From positions 7,130,001 through 7,194,000 of the forward strand of contig CM022677.1 in the NCBI GenBank assembly GCA_012295275.1: DNA of 64,000 nt. The letters run 5' to 3'. The position numbers and the translations under genes were made by a program. Source of the stretch: Chrysomallon squamiferum (taxonomy: Eukaryota; Animalia; Mollusca). The notes beneath the pieces were generated by a model. That model had not been told where the DNA came from and searched no databases. It worked only from the letters and a program-made list of their open reading frames with translations. The stretch's first letter is position 1, and each line of letters begins with the position of its first letter. Positions 21,585 to 34,709 of the stretch are shown here, piece after piece.

Positions 21585-22370
21585 CATTTTGTTAATTGCC
21601 ATAATTATTATTTATTTATATATTTATTTCAGTTCGAAAGAATGATCAGATTTCTCTTCTGACTTCTGTTTCTGGAAAAACTTGCGACTGAGATGATGAT
21701 ATGGCTGAGAAACTTCGGTAAGACGACACGTACACTACAGAAGAGATACGAAGTATTGGTAACAGTTTAATCTGAGACAGACGGAGAGAAACACTGAAAC
21801 ACACAGACACCATTAAAACAAAAACAAAAAAGATAAATTCAATCCTTGCCTGTTCTCCATCCTGATTTTAGGTGAGACAACAGTAAAATTGTTGTTAGTG
21901 ATTAAGACAATAGATGTGTAAAACGTTTTTGTTTAGAAAGGAAATCACGGATAAATAAACATGTTACTTTATCTGATCCATGCGGTCTTGCTGAATCACG
22001 TGATCAACTGAGTGATGTTGCTGTTGTTGTTGCTCTGCCAGATGAAAATAAAATATAGTTTTTAAATTTTAAAAACTTCAAACTGATCAAAACAGTTCAA
22101 ACTGATAAAGCGTAGCATTTTAGCGCTGTGTTACCTGGCAACCGTCTCGCGGTCACTGGATACACTAGTGGTCAGTGCTTGGACATACTGACAGACAGTG
22201 GTCAGATCATTAATTCTATCTCAACAGATTTGATCCCCAGGCCGTCGTGTCTCACAGTTCACGATCAATGTCTGATAGTTGTGTCAGATGAAAACAGTGT
22301 AGTTTGTGTGACGTAATCAGGTGACGTCAAATGGGAGTCACGTGATTCAGACAGACTGAGAGACTTGAGA
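20648..22370 (+). pseudogene. TRIM-type RING ... NHL-like beta-propeller pseudogene
   Basis: Exon 20644-20891 (ttttcag / gtgagt) reads MASSS*NQMSCSLCSDVSKDPRCLLCGHSFCTKCL...ISYPIC, a C3HC4 RING with an in-frame TAA at 20663 and Cys7 changed to Tyr. 21960-22370 reads LSDPCGLA..VVVALPDENKI*..*..LPGNRLAVTG..CLDILTDSGQII..PSCLTV..IVVSDENSVVCVT*SGDVKW, NHL-like repeats with several stops. Confidence 0.85.
21079..21461. mobile_element. hAT-like MITE in the TRIM intron
   Basis: Flanked by an 8-bp direct repeat CCACTATG (21071-21078, 21462-21469). Begins CAGAGGTCTCGC; the right end is only a partial inverted match. Confidence 0.65.
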
Positions 22371-22729
22371 CTTGTACGTGGGAGAGTTCAGCAGAGATAT
22401 AAAAATATTTACATGGTCTAAAAAGGTAGCTTCAACCTATCTGCTAACTTAGTTTCGCTTTAGTGTTTTCAAGTTGAAAGTCGACAGACATTTCTTTCTT
22501 TACATGAATTGATAAATAAACAGAAAATTAGTTATATTATTTATTTACTTATTAATTTAGTTACTTTGTTTAATTTCATCTTTTTTATTAAATATAATAA
22601 CTAAATCATTAATTCATTATTTTTTTTAATTATGATTATTATTCTTAAAGTCTCGTTTAAAAATACTAAATTGCAAGATAAATTTCAAAACAAAATGTGA
22701 TTTAATTTTAAAATTTTCATCCAGTTTTG

Positions 22730-22811
<82 letters not shown>

Positions 22812-23155
22812 ATTATTATAAACTATTCTGTTATTTTGTAGTTTACTTCAAGAAAGTTGTGGTATCCAGTGTAATCAAAATAAAACTAAAATAAAACATT
22901 TGTATGATAAAAATAAAATTCTTCTGTCATTATTTTATTTAAATTTTAAAACTATTTTACACTGTTTCTTGATATTCACCTATATAATATATATGTCTGT
23001 CTTATTATAAATTTATTATTAACAGCTAATACAAATTATTTGGGGTTTTTTGGATGAGGGTTCCAAGTGTACTCAACTATTCTACTTCATTTTTTCTTTT
23101 TATTTTGCCTGACATACTTTATAAAATGTTCTCTTCAGACATGGAGAAGAAGAAA

Positions 23156-23186
<31 letters not shown>

Positions 23187-23394
23187 AGACACACACACAC
23201 GCACACACACACAAACACACGCACACACACACACAGACACAAACCAACACAAATAAAATAGGAGAAACAACCGCAGGAACGAAAAGTGCATGACTAAATA
23301 TGAAACTGTATACTGGAGATCTACAGACACGCGTTTTAAATACGGGTGTTAGGGGTCGTGTTACCTCTTTATTTACTGAATACGTTCAAGTTAG

Positions 23395-24215
23395 TTTCTG
23401 AGCGGGCGCATCACCTATTAAAATATATTATTTTATTTCTATTACTGTTCCTGTCGTTGCCACCGTACCGGCGTTGCCTCTAACGTTCTCGGTGTACTCC
23501 TCATTATTCGTTTTCGTTTTTTATTCGCTGTTATTCTTATTTATGACCGAACCATCCTATATTAAAATATATTATTATTATCTCTATTCATGTCGCCGTC
23601 ATTACCATCGTATACGACGTTGTTCTCAACGTTCTCTTTTTATTAGCTATTATTCTTACCTTATTAGATATATTATTACTATATTTCTATTAATGTCGCT
23701 GTCGTTGTCGTCGTAACGGCGTTGTTCCTAACGTCATTCAAGTACTTGTTATTCTTTTGCGCTTTTTATTTCCTCATACTTTCTGAGCGGGCACATCTTA
23801 AAATATATTAATGCAATTTCTATTAATGTGACCGTCATTGCCGTCGTACCGGCGTTGTTCTGAATGTTTTGGTGTAATTGTCATTATTATTTTCCGCGTT
23901 TTAAAATCTGTTATTCTTACCATCCTATCTGGAATATATGGTTACTATTTGCCGTCGTAATGGCCTTGTTCTTAACGTTCTCGGTGTAGTTTTCATAATT
24001 CTTTTACGCTTTTTATTCGCTGTTATTCTTACTTTCTGACCATGCGAATCCTTTATTAAAATATATTGCTATTGTATCTGTTAATGTCGCCGTCGTTGCC
24101 GTCGTAAACGGGTTGTTCTTAACCTCTTAGTGTCCGCATCCCATTAAAATGTATTATTAGTTTTTATTAATATCGCCGTTGTTGTCGTCATAACGGTGTT
24201 GTTTCTGACGTTATT
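23395..24215. repeat. Degenerate ~110-140 bp satellite-like array; inverted remnants at ~38430-38670 and ~39140-39210
   Basis: Recurring unit attaaaatatatt..atttctattaatgtcgccgtcgttgccgtcgta.cggcgttgttc..aacgttctcggtgta. Confidence 0.85.
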
Positions 24216-25895
24216 ACTTACTTAGTTTTTAATTTAATTATTTATTTATTTTTGCATGATTAGAGGAAAATAATGCAATAAAACAATGATAGACTTTCAC
24301 TGGAATTGTCTCATTTATCTATGAGAAAGGTTTTTATTTTTACTATATGAATCAAATAAAAATGACAACATGAAAACATTAATGAAATATACATATTTAT
24401 ATAATCTGTTCATTCTTTGAGTGTTTGAATGAAAGTAAAATATATCATTCAGCTGTCTCTCTCATTCACTTAGCTGTCTTTATAACTTGTCTCTGTCTCA
24501 TTTGTATCTCTAACTTGTCTCAGTCTAATTCAGTTGTCTTTGTCATTTGTCTCTGCCTCATTCACTTGTTTCTATCTATCTCAATTTATAATTATTTTCG
24601 ACAAATTTGGACTGTTGACATATGCAGTTTTTTAATCAAATGGTTGTTAGAATGAGCAAAAATAAATATCAGATTTGTGGTTATTAGTAACTTAATTTTC
24701 ACTACTAACAGATTTTGAAAAAAATATTTGATTACTGTTACTTCAATTAATATTTTATCAAGAGAGAATAAAAAGTACAACTCACACCAGCAATCTATAG
24801 AGAGAATTCATTTAAATTATGTAAAATAAAGTAGTTATTATTGTTATTATTATTACTATTATTATTATTGTTATTACTATTATTACTATTATTATTGTTG
24901 TTCTTGTTATTACTATTATTGTTATTATTATTGTTATTGTTATTATTATTATAATAAATAATTCTGCCTGTCCTTATTCACTGGGTTTCTTCACTTGGAA
25001 ATAAAACTAAACAACTTTCTTAGCTGAAATAGATGAGATTTTTTACTGCATACAAAGTAACATTAAACATGATAATGCCCATTTAACAATTTGTAAACTT
25101 TACCATCATGATCATGTCTCCTTTATCATAAAGTAACTATTCACACCAGCTCACAGAAACATTTACATATTATTTCAGATTCAGTATTTGCCTTTACAAT
25201 GTCTTTGTGTACGTTTTTACTGATCTAGGTTGCAAAATGGGAAATTTAATTAAATTTATATACATTATAGGCCACCAAATGAGAAATTTATATCATTTAA
25301 AAATATATTTAAATTAATATGTGGACACAATCTATTTTTAATGAATTTTTGTTTTAGACAGGAGCTGACAAAAGGGAAATTTACATATATTTAAAACATT
25401 TTTAAATTAAAATGTCATAACAATCTATTTTAATGAATGTTTAACAATATAGGCCAACAAATAAAAATCTGCATATAATTCCATATTTAAGGTGTTAACG
25501 AAAAATATATATATTTTTAATAAATTTTTTAATAGACCATTAAAGGTATGGCTTTGTCTACAAATACAAAGATTGCTGATGTGAAACGCTACTTCCAGAT
25601 GTAATCAGTTGCAGAAACTGGTTCATCTAAACATTCTTTAAATTTCTGAGTTATACAAACATATTATACATCTTATTTCTTTGTATTCATTCAAATTCAG
25701 ACCATACTCTTAAATTGTGAAAGAGAACATTTTGTTTAATAATACAAGAATCATCTCTCACTTAGCAAAACGGTAATTTTGAAACAAAAAACAGCATTAC
25801 CCCATTTAGTTAAAATCAAAGATGGTGAATATGAATAAGAATTATTTAGATAACAGTAGTAGTATTGGAAGTAATAATAATACTAATGACAATAA

Positions 25896-25954
<59 letters not shown>

Positions 25955-27271
25955 GAAGTTGTAATAATAAAATGAACAATAATTATCTCAATATTATTAG
26001 CATAATAGCATAATAATAATAATAAACTAATAATAGTAATAATAATAAAAATAATAATAAAATTTTTACATTTCACCATTTGATATGAGTCTATTTTCTG
26101 TCATTATCATTACAGAAATGACTAAAATACTTAACCTCTTAATACAAACATTCTTACTGTATAATTAACCAATCCATTGAAAATATTATAATATTGGATG
26201 GTATAAAACATAAAATTACAATAAGATTTGTTTTCCTGTTCACTAAGAGTGAATTACAAAGTCAATAGTTTAAAAAAGATAAAATAGATACATTTGTTAT
26301 CAATGATCAATACATAAAGTAAACTACTTTTGATTGGCTAATATGTCTGAGAAAATCATTTTCATTGGTTTAAAAACAGTCACATATATTTTTTATAGAT
26401 ATTATATAAATATCAAATGTAATATAAAACTGACATTTTTATTTTTATGTGATATTTTTCTTTGTCTGATGTCATGTTATAAAACAGGACTTTTCATTGG
26501 TTAAAGCTCAGATCTATTCTACTGTTTGACTGGCCACAAGACTGGCTAATAAATAAATAATTTCATTGGTTAATTATTAAAGCCATTCCTATTTTCATTG
26601 GTCAGCTGACGATCCAATCACCTCTCAGGATTTCATTTGTAATTAGAGAGTTTTTTCTGTGCACAGTTTTCACTGTTTGATTCAAGTGCTGAGTTTAAAA
26701 TGTAAATCCATTAAAACATTAACAAATATGTACAAAAATCGGCTAAGATGAAAAATTCATTTTTTCTGAGACTGTTTCCTGTAACAAGATTTCACTGGCT
26801 AGTGTGTTGTACCACTGTTTTGTATTGTTTCTTCAGACGTATCCGGTGATCCTTTGACACTGATTCACACAAACATTTTCTTTAGATCATCAATGGTAAT
26901 TTAAATAAACACAAAGTTCTTTCACAATAATGTTTCATTTGCATATTTGTTTGAATGGTCCAAGGTATTGAATATTTCTCTGGTTAATTTCTCTGAATAA
27001 TGTATTCAAAATTTTTCAAGAACAACACTGATTGGTTTTGGTCAGTCACTTTTTACATTCATGATGATTGGTTTATTACAGATCAGTGGCCAGTCTTTTA
27101 TTACAGACACCATGACTGGCTATTTTTAACTCTCAGATCACCATGGTTACATGATTGGTAAATAACAAATTTTTTTACCAGTCTTTTCTTACAGACACAG
27201 TGACTGGATAACAGAACTCTCAGAATTTTGTTACAATCATAGTGATTGGTTAATTTAAAATCCCAGATCTG

Positions 27272-27452
27272 CTATAATGAAGTCTCATTGGTTGGTGGCC
27301 TAACAGTGTCTATCTCAAGAACTTCAGTTCTTTGTTTGAGCAGTTTTATCTGTCTCTCGTAGCAATCTGTCATCCCCTGTAACTGAGTCTCAAGTTTCTT
27401 CAGCTTGCTCTGGTACTTTTTCTTTGCTTTATCAAACGCTGATATCAAGGCA
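27272..27452 (-). pseudogene. MCC: MCC last coding exon
   Basis: ALISAFDKAKKKYQSKLKKLETQLQGMTDCYERQIKLLKQRTEVLEIDTVRPPTNETSL*; acceptor cttacag; C-terminal PDZ-binding ETSL. Confidence 0.93.
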
Positions 27453-28138
27453 CTGTAAGAGAAAAAGTAAATAAAAATATAAATAAATATATTAATAAAA
27501 AAAAAATAGAAAAAAAAAATATAAAATTAGTTTATGGTATTAAGGCACTATGGGGGGTAAACAAAGGAAAATAAAAATAATATAAAATTAGAATATGTTA
27601 TTTATGTTACAAAAATACTAATCATGTAAAGGAACTACACAAATAAAAATAATGCTTTATAAAATAAAGTGAAATAAGAAGATGTAAAATTAAATCATTT
27701 ACAATAAAATTAAAAAAATTAGAATAATAATGATATCAAGACATTACAGGGCAAAAAATAAAGTAAAATAAAGATTATGTCAATTATTACAGAAATACTA
27801 ATGCTATCACTACAAAACATTACAAAACAAAACAAAACAAAATTAAATGAAAACTAGATGCAATTTATATTAGAAATATATAAATGTTAGTAAAAGTGAT
27901 TTTAGAACTGCACAAAAAACTCTTCCACAAAAAATCCCAGACTGAAAAACCAATGACATTATGTAAATTTATATACTGTTTATATAATTATAATATATTC
28001 ATGTAATAAGTTTAGTATCAAAATGTCTCTAAATATAATTTGAATTTCTGTTTGAAACGTGTGTATGTGTTTGCATAGATCAATGTTTAGTGTAGAACAT
28101 GTAGATTATGCATGACATGCATACACCTGTATGTTTAC

Positions 28139-28358
28139 CTGTTAGCTCGTTTCAGGTCATTGACAAACTCTGCTGACTGCTGATGTCTGGTTTCTGAGTT
28201 TTTAGAGATTTTCTCTAGAGCAGCCACTAACTCTTGTACACTGAATTTGAGTCGTTTTCTCTTCTGAGCGACTCACACAGATCCTGAGCTATCTCCATCA
28301 CATCATTCGATCTCAACTCACAGATAGCTGGCGCTGTCAGCTCATCATCTTCATCATC
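28139..28358 (-). pseudogene. MCC: MCC exon with a -1 frameshift
   Basis: ...DLCESLRRE / KRLKFSVQELVAALEKISKNSETRHQQSAEFVNDLKRAN; one A is missing from a homopolymer near 28256; donor gtaaac. Confidence 0.9.
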
Positions 28359-29214
28359 CTGATGATAAACAATTATTCATTAAGAACTTTAGTAATTATG
28401 AAAGCTATCAAATTATTATCTTTATCATGATGATAATCAATGAAAACTTGATTATAATAACAGAATTAAAATTGTAATGATTTATATCAATAGAATTATC
28501 ATAATCATCATGATGATAAATGATTGAAACTCAGTTATATAATAAAATTGGAATTATGAATGTTGTCTGTTCCTTACCTTAACACCTTAATGAATAATAA
28601 TTTAAAACATTTAAAATTTAATAATTACAAATGTTTTCAATTAATTATTATCATAATGAAAATTTTAAAAGTAATTATGAAAAAGAGTATCAGTGGTTAT
28701 GGCATACAAAATCAATATTATGATATAACCTATCATTATTACCTATTATTATTACATTCTGTTACACTCAGTATTCTTAGAAAGATACATTTAAAATTAT
28801 AATAAAGAACTGTGATAAACAGTATCAGTAGTTATGACACAATTATCTATATAGTAAGTTTGTATTATTTGGTTTTCTCTGTTTATATGAACAAGTCATT
28901 TTATTTAGAATACTTACATAATAAAATAAACAGACATATTCTATAAATATTATTTAGATTTTTTTTCTCTTTTTAAATCAGGTTTAAAACACACAAACAT
29001 GTGACAAATAATAAAATAAATAATGTGACATATCTACTGTGTATGTTATTATTATATTTGGTTCCCCTGTTTATATAATTATCTCTGTCTAACTGCTAGA
29101 TAAAGTAAGAGAAAATCACTTGTTTGTGTTTGCCCAGTCTGTTTATATAATTATATATATATATACTGTCTAACTTAGAAGAGATAAAGTGATAGATAAA
29201 ACAGAGATAATCAC

Positions 29215-29394
29215 ATGTTTGTGTTTGCCGTCTCTGCCCAGTCTCTGCTGGTGCTCTGAGATCTCACACTTGAGATGCTCTATCTGTACTCTGTAGGCCT
29301 GCTCCTGTGACTCCTTACCACTCAGTCTCAACTCCAGAGCTCTCTTCTCCTTCTCCATCAAGTAGTTCTGAGCCTTCAGCTCCGCCTTCTCCTC
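29215..29394 (-). pseudogene. MCC: MCC exon with open frame
   Basis: EEKAELKAQNYLMEKEKRALELRLSGKESQEQAYRVQIEHLKCEI...; 180 nt; ttttcag acceptor. Confidence 0.92.
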
Positions 29395-29850
29395 CTGAAA
29401 AACAAAATTACAACAAGGTGAGTAAATTGAGTCTGTCCAGAATTCAAAAAATATTTTAATACAAATACAGTATGATTCAAAATAAAGACCAGTGTCATTA
29501 ATCAAATCAAAAGAACAGAAATACTAGTTAATGTAGCACAAGTCATCAAGGTAGTTTTAATAATATGCTATTCTAATGTTAAGAATAAATCTGTCTAGAA
29601 TCCCAGAAAATATTTTTAAATACACAGAATGAACATAATAATAAATATAAAACAAAGATAAAAGAATATGAAAAGAAAAAATACAATACAAAAATAGAAG
29701 ACAATTTTTATATTAATTTATTCAAACTGTTAAAAACACAAACACAATGAGAAAAGACTCCTGTTCATAAAAAATAATAGGTTATTCTCTTTTAAGATTA
29801 GCAGCAAGGAATTTTTATATAGACAGAACAACACATTTAGTAACACTGAC

Positions 29851-30016
29851 CTTCATAGCCATCAGCTCCTGCATTAACACAGCATTTTCCAAATCCAGTC
29901 TTTGAGCTTCTGGAGTTTTCTTGGGTTCGTCAAGCAAAGTGTAAACTCTCCAGCTCCATGACGGTCATTCTGACCGCCGCCCGGTCATTCTTCAGTGACT
30001 GAATGTACTTGGTAAA
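29851..30016 (-). pseudogene. MCC: MCC exon remnant with frameshift
   Basis: KYIQSLKNDRAAVRMTVMELESLH / LLDEPKKTPEAQRLDLENAVLMQELMAMK; frameshift near 29938; the 5' part of the exon is damaged. Confidence 0.9.
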
Positions 30017-30379
30017 GATTATCTCTAGTCATGGAAAAGTAAGTTAATGCACTTGAAATATATAATTCTATAATTAGGTGAAATCCTTTTAAAAAGATAG
30101 TTAATGCAAAGTCCAGTTAATTAACTAAATTTTAATAAACTTCAAAATCTAAATTTATCTTAGTTAAAAAATAATCCCAGTTAGATGCAAAACTATATTT
30201 TTTTAATTATAAGTCCATTTAGGTTAACAAAAGCAATATTAAAGGTATAAAATTAGATTTCAATAAATACAAAATAAAGATAATTTATATATATAAAAAC
30301 AAAATCACTTTAAGCATTAAAATATGTTCTGAAACTGTGTGTCAGCAAATCTATCAGTTGGTGAGTCAATTAATATAAG

Positions 30380-30547
30380 TTCTGCAGCTCTACAGTTAGC
30401 TAACAAAACTTCCATCTCACTCTCCAGCAGAACACACAACACTTCATAAGCCTCTATCACCTGATACAAAGTCTGAACCATTTCCTGTATGTTAGAACAG
30501 CTCTGTAAACTCTGCACTAAATGTTCGGCTAATTTGAAATTTGGAAG
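30380..30547 (-). pseudogene. MCC: MCC fused exon remnant
   Basis: LPNFKLAEHLVQSLQSCSNIQEMVQTLYQ joins directly to VIEAYEVLCVLLESEMEVLLANCRAA; these segments are far apart in intact MCC. Confidence 0.85.
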
Positions 30548-30864
30548 CTGAAGTAGAAATTGTGAAAAAGTCAAAAGTCAAAAGTTATTCTGAGATATTG
30601 TTTAAAAATTTATTTTTTTAACTGATTTGAAATGGTATTACCACAGGCAAAAAACCCCCCAAAAACCTCAAATCTTTAATGAATTAAAACATCATACTGG
30701 AAATTATGAAAAACATGTCTATGAGTTATTCAGTATTGCTGCAAACTTTTAATTTTGTTTTTCATATTTTTCATATAATTATCAGATAACAATATACTGT
30801 CAGTATATTCCAATTTAAGTTTTAAATGAGTTAAGCATTAGTTATAAATTTGCTAAACATAGTT

Positions 30865-30923
<59 letters not shown>

Positions 30924-31156
30924 CGTGTGTGTGGTTATCTAACACTAGCAAGTCCAAACATTTCTAAGAATTTTCATTTTCAAAATTAATTTTAAGAATG
31001 AAAAAAGGATAAATGATTTCTCAAATGCATTAGAACAGATTAAAATGATGTTATATATAAAATTATCTGATTTGATTCTTTTCTCTTTGTTTTATTGGGA
31101 TAAAAACACCAATGTGAACACAGACATATAAAGAAAGAAAGCAAAATGAGGTTTAC

Positions 31157-31268
31157 CCCAGGGGAGGTAATTTCAGCACCAAGAATCTGTCTGTCTCCAG
31201 CACATATTTTTAGTTTCTTCAGTTCTGCTATTTTAGCTACATGAATCTAATCACTGCCTTCAGTGGTC
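31157..31268 (-). pseudogene. MCC: MCC exon with in-frame stop
   Basis: TTEGSD*IHVAKIAELKKLKICAGDRQILGAEITSPG (compare MCC PIAKIAE..DRPVLGSEISSIG). Confidence 0.85.
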
Positions 31269-31810
31269 CTGTGAATTAATTAATATTACATAAATAAATA
31301 AATAAATAAATAAATAAATACAAATATTTACATAACTTAAATAAAAGCTACACTGTCAAATATTTTTAATAGGTAAATAAGCAGCAAATGCATGACTTAC
31401 AATAGAAAGAAATATACAAAGTAAAAATAATAATAATAATAATAATAATATACAAGTTTTTCATATACTCTTTACACTATAACAAAAAGGTAACAATTTA
31501 TCTGGTAGCTCTTTTTCCTGTAACAAAAATGTAACAATTTATCTGATAACTCTTTCAACAGTGACAAAACTGTAACAATTCATCTCTTAAAAATGTAACA
31601 AAAGCCATACTATATAACAGTTTATCCGAAAACTCTTTCAACAGTAACAAAACGGTAACAATTCATCTCTTAAAAATGTAATAAAAGCCATATTATATAA
31701 CTGAAGGAAAAAGGAGTCTTAATAATTAAGATTACTAATGTTTTGTGTTTTAATTCTATCTACAAAAAAAAATGTATATATAATCATTTTTAATATTTAT
31801 GCGGAGTTAC

Positions 31811-32384
31811 CTTTCTTTTCAACTTCTCCCTGTCATCATTGATATATTCAATATGGCTACATAGCTGTATAAGTTCTATTTCCTGTCTGCCTATCTGTTC
31901 TTGTAGAGCATTGTTTTCTACTCGCAGTGAGTTCACCTCCTCCTGCAGATACTTTGAGCATTGTGCTTTTCAGCATCTTCTTTGAGATGTTGAACGACAT
32001 TGCGATCATCAGACACATCGTGGAGAGGAAAGTCTTTTCTTTCTGCAATGGCTGACTCCAGTTCAATGACAACTGAGGAAAATTCTGCATTTATTTCATT
32101 ATCTATGGGAAAAATTAAACATTCTCCAAAATGATTATAATTAAATATTTTAAAAAATCCAGCAAATATTAATATCTATATATATAATAAATTAAAATGA
32201 ATAACCTTTTAAAACAACTGGATATCTATCTAAGCACAAACTAAAACAATTAGTCACTGTACAAAGAAAGTTATAAAAGTAAATGATTACCAGGTCTCGC
32301 AGACTGGGAGCCATTTTCATTACTCTCGTTGATACATCCTCCACCATTGCTTTTGTCTCTGAGTCTTTAAACTCATCTTCTTCT
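31811..32384 (-). pseudogene. MCC: Two MCC exons (32384-32291 and 32102-31811) with frameshifts
   Basis: REEDEFKD... and ...KYLQEEVNSLRVENNALQEQIGRQEIEL..INDDREKLKRK; canonical AG/GT boundaries. Confidence 0.75.
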
Positions 32385-32801
32385 CTATACAGTAATGAAA
32401 AAAAAAATAATAATAATAAAATAAAAATTCCAAATGTTTACTCATGTCTGGAATTTGCTATTTTAATTATATATTTATTTGGTACTTTTTTTCTAATTCA
32501 TTCTAACTAAATAAATGAGTAAATAAATGAGTAATGTTTCATTATAAGTTTAAATTGTATTAAAAATCAATGAAGAACAGCAAACTCGTGATATTTTACA
32601 ACTGAAAAATAACAAACCTGTACTGTTTCATTTATGTGATTGAACTGCATTAAAAAAACAGCGAAGAATGGCAAACACACTTTGAACTGAATAATGACAA
32701 ACTTATAATATTTCATTATGTTTCCAGCTATACTATACTGTTTCATTACATGTTTAAATTGCATTAAAAACAGTGAAGAACAGCAAACTTATATTATATA
32801 T

Positions 32802-34709
32802 TACTCTATAAAAATGATGGAGAAATTACAAATTAATTGCTGCTTAAATAGGAAAAATACTAATGAAAAAACCTATACAAGTTCTCTACTTTCTTCATTG
32901 GAATGCTTTGAATTAATTATTTTTCAGCAGCAAAACAAACAAAAAATCTGACTAAAACTACTGACCTGTTGACATTAATCTGCTGTTATTATGTAATTTC
33001 ACATGTAATTTTGTCTCAATCAACAATCACATCCACACACAGACATAAACAGGGAGGGGGGAATCAATCTACTGGACCATACTTACCTTTAACAACAAAT
33101 CTGCCATGACAACAATTAATCAACAGCTACATCAATCAACAGACATAAATAAGTCACAGTTACCTGAGTGAGGTCTCTGACAGACCTGCAGACACACAAC
33201 AAAATGTACACAGTGATATAACTCAAGTCATTAGCATGCAGCTAATGCAGTGTCCATCACCATAGAAACTCCAGCCAGTTCTGAAACCTTGCAAAACATG
33301 TAAACTTTCAGCAACTACATGAAACACAATCAAAACTGCACTTCACTTATCAACATGCTAGACTCAGCTGCCATTAAACATAAACCTAAAACCAAAAACT
33401 GCATTAACAAAAATAGACAACAATTTAATAACAAACAAAATCATTGAAATTGTTAGAGCCAAGTTCGGATGCCACATACAGAAGATAATCACATCTTGTA
33501 AAAACTTTTACCAAGCATCAACAGTCTCGTGCTAGAATAAAACATACAACCATTAAAATACAGACAAAAACCTACAGATACTAAAATACTGTGTTAAAAT
33601 CCACTCTCGGTAATAAACATCTCATGAAGGATCTAGGCCATGATCAACCCTTTAAAACTCACCTTTCACTACAATCTAGTTTTTAAACAACAGTCAGCCA
33701 TATTGAAATGGAGACTGGAGTGGGTGAATGTTGCAACCAGGAAATAGTAAAGAAATAAAGTAAATATTAGTTACACCTTTCATCATCAAAACCCAAAATC
33801 ATTTTAGTAAGAAACTACAAAACAACCTTACCAGACTCAGAATCAGCTACTCAACTAATCTAAACACAGTAAAATCCAAACACAAAATAAACACAACACC
33901 AAACTGTACCCATGGAATTTCTGAAAGCATGAAACATCACTTATTTCTCTGTGAACACCTAATCCTACATGACACATTCAATCAATTAAAAACATAATTT
34001 ATACTTACAAACAGTGAAAAACTGAGAGCCAAACTTTAATACAAACAAATAAATAGACACAAATGTTTGATTAATTAAAATCAAAAACATAACATAAACA
34101 CATAGGTCAAAAAAATAAATAAATAAATAGCATACACAATAACTAACAAAACAAAAAGCAATACACCACTACAAAACAATTGTATCAATTATTTAATTAA
34201 TAGATTAACTGACTCACCAACTGATAGATTTGCTGACACACACTTTCAGAACATATTTTAAAAGTTCCACATTTTCTTGACACAAGGAAGTAAACTGGTT
34301 GCTCCCTTTGAATCCTGCAAATGACTCAGACAAAATTAGTCATATTCTTGAGTAAAAAGCTGCAGAAACTGAACTATTCTTTCCCTGTCTTCACATGTAA
34401 AAGTGTGCAGTTTTCTTCTGCCTGATTTCTTTTCTCTCTCAGAGTTACCCCATTCAGTCTGCAGTGCTGTGAGTTTGTTCTGACTAATGCTGTAAAAAAG
34501 CAATAAAAGATATAACAGACCAGTAACCCCCCAAACATACATACACACATTCAAATGTACTCTATAAAAATGATGGAGAAATTACAAATTAATTGCTGCT
34601 TAAATAGGAAAAATACTAATGAAAAAACCCATACACGTTCTCTCTACTTTCTTCATTGGAATGCTTTGAATTAATTATTTTTCAGCAGCAAAACAAACAA
34701 AAAATCTGA
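32802..34709 (+). repeat. ~150 bp near-identical direct repeats at 32802-32951 and 34558-34709
   Basis: tactctataaaaatgatggagaaattacaaattaattgctgc...aaacaaaaaatctga at both sites. Confidence 0.93.

Larger units (their letters stand above)
27272..34489 (-). pseudogene. MCC: MCC (colorectal mutant cancer protein) unprocessed pseudogene, whole span
   Basis: At least seven intron-separated exons whose translations match recalled vertebrate MCC, ending RPPTNETSL*. Several frameshifts, an in-frame stop and internal deletions. The assignment of the uppermost exon (34489-34218) is tentative. Confidence 0.9.

Noticed and set aside
29780-29840. Possible gastropod SINE fragment (gattagcagcaagg)
   Set aside because: Too short and degenerate to call without a repeat-library search.
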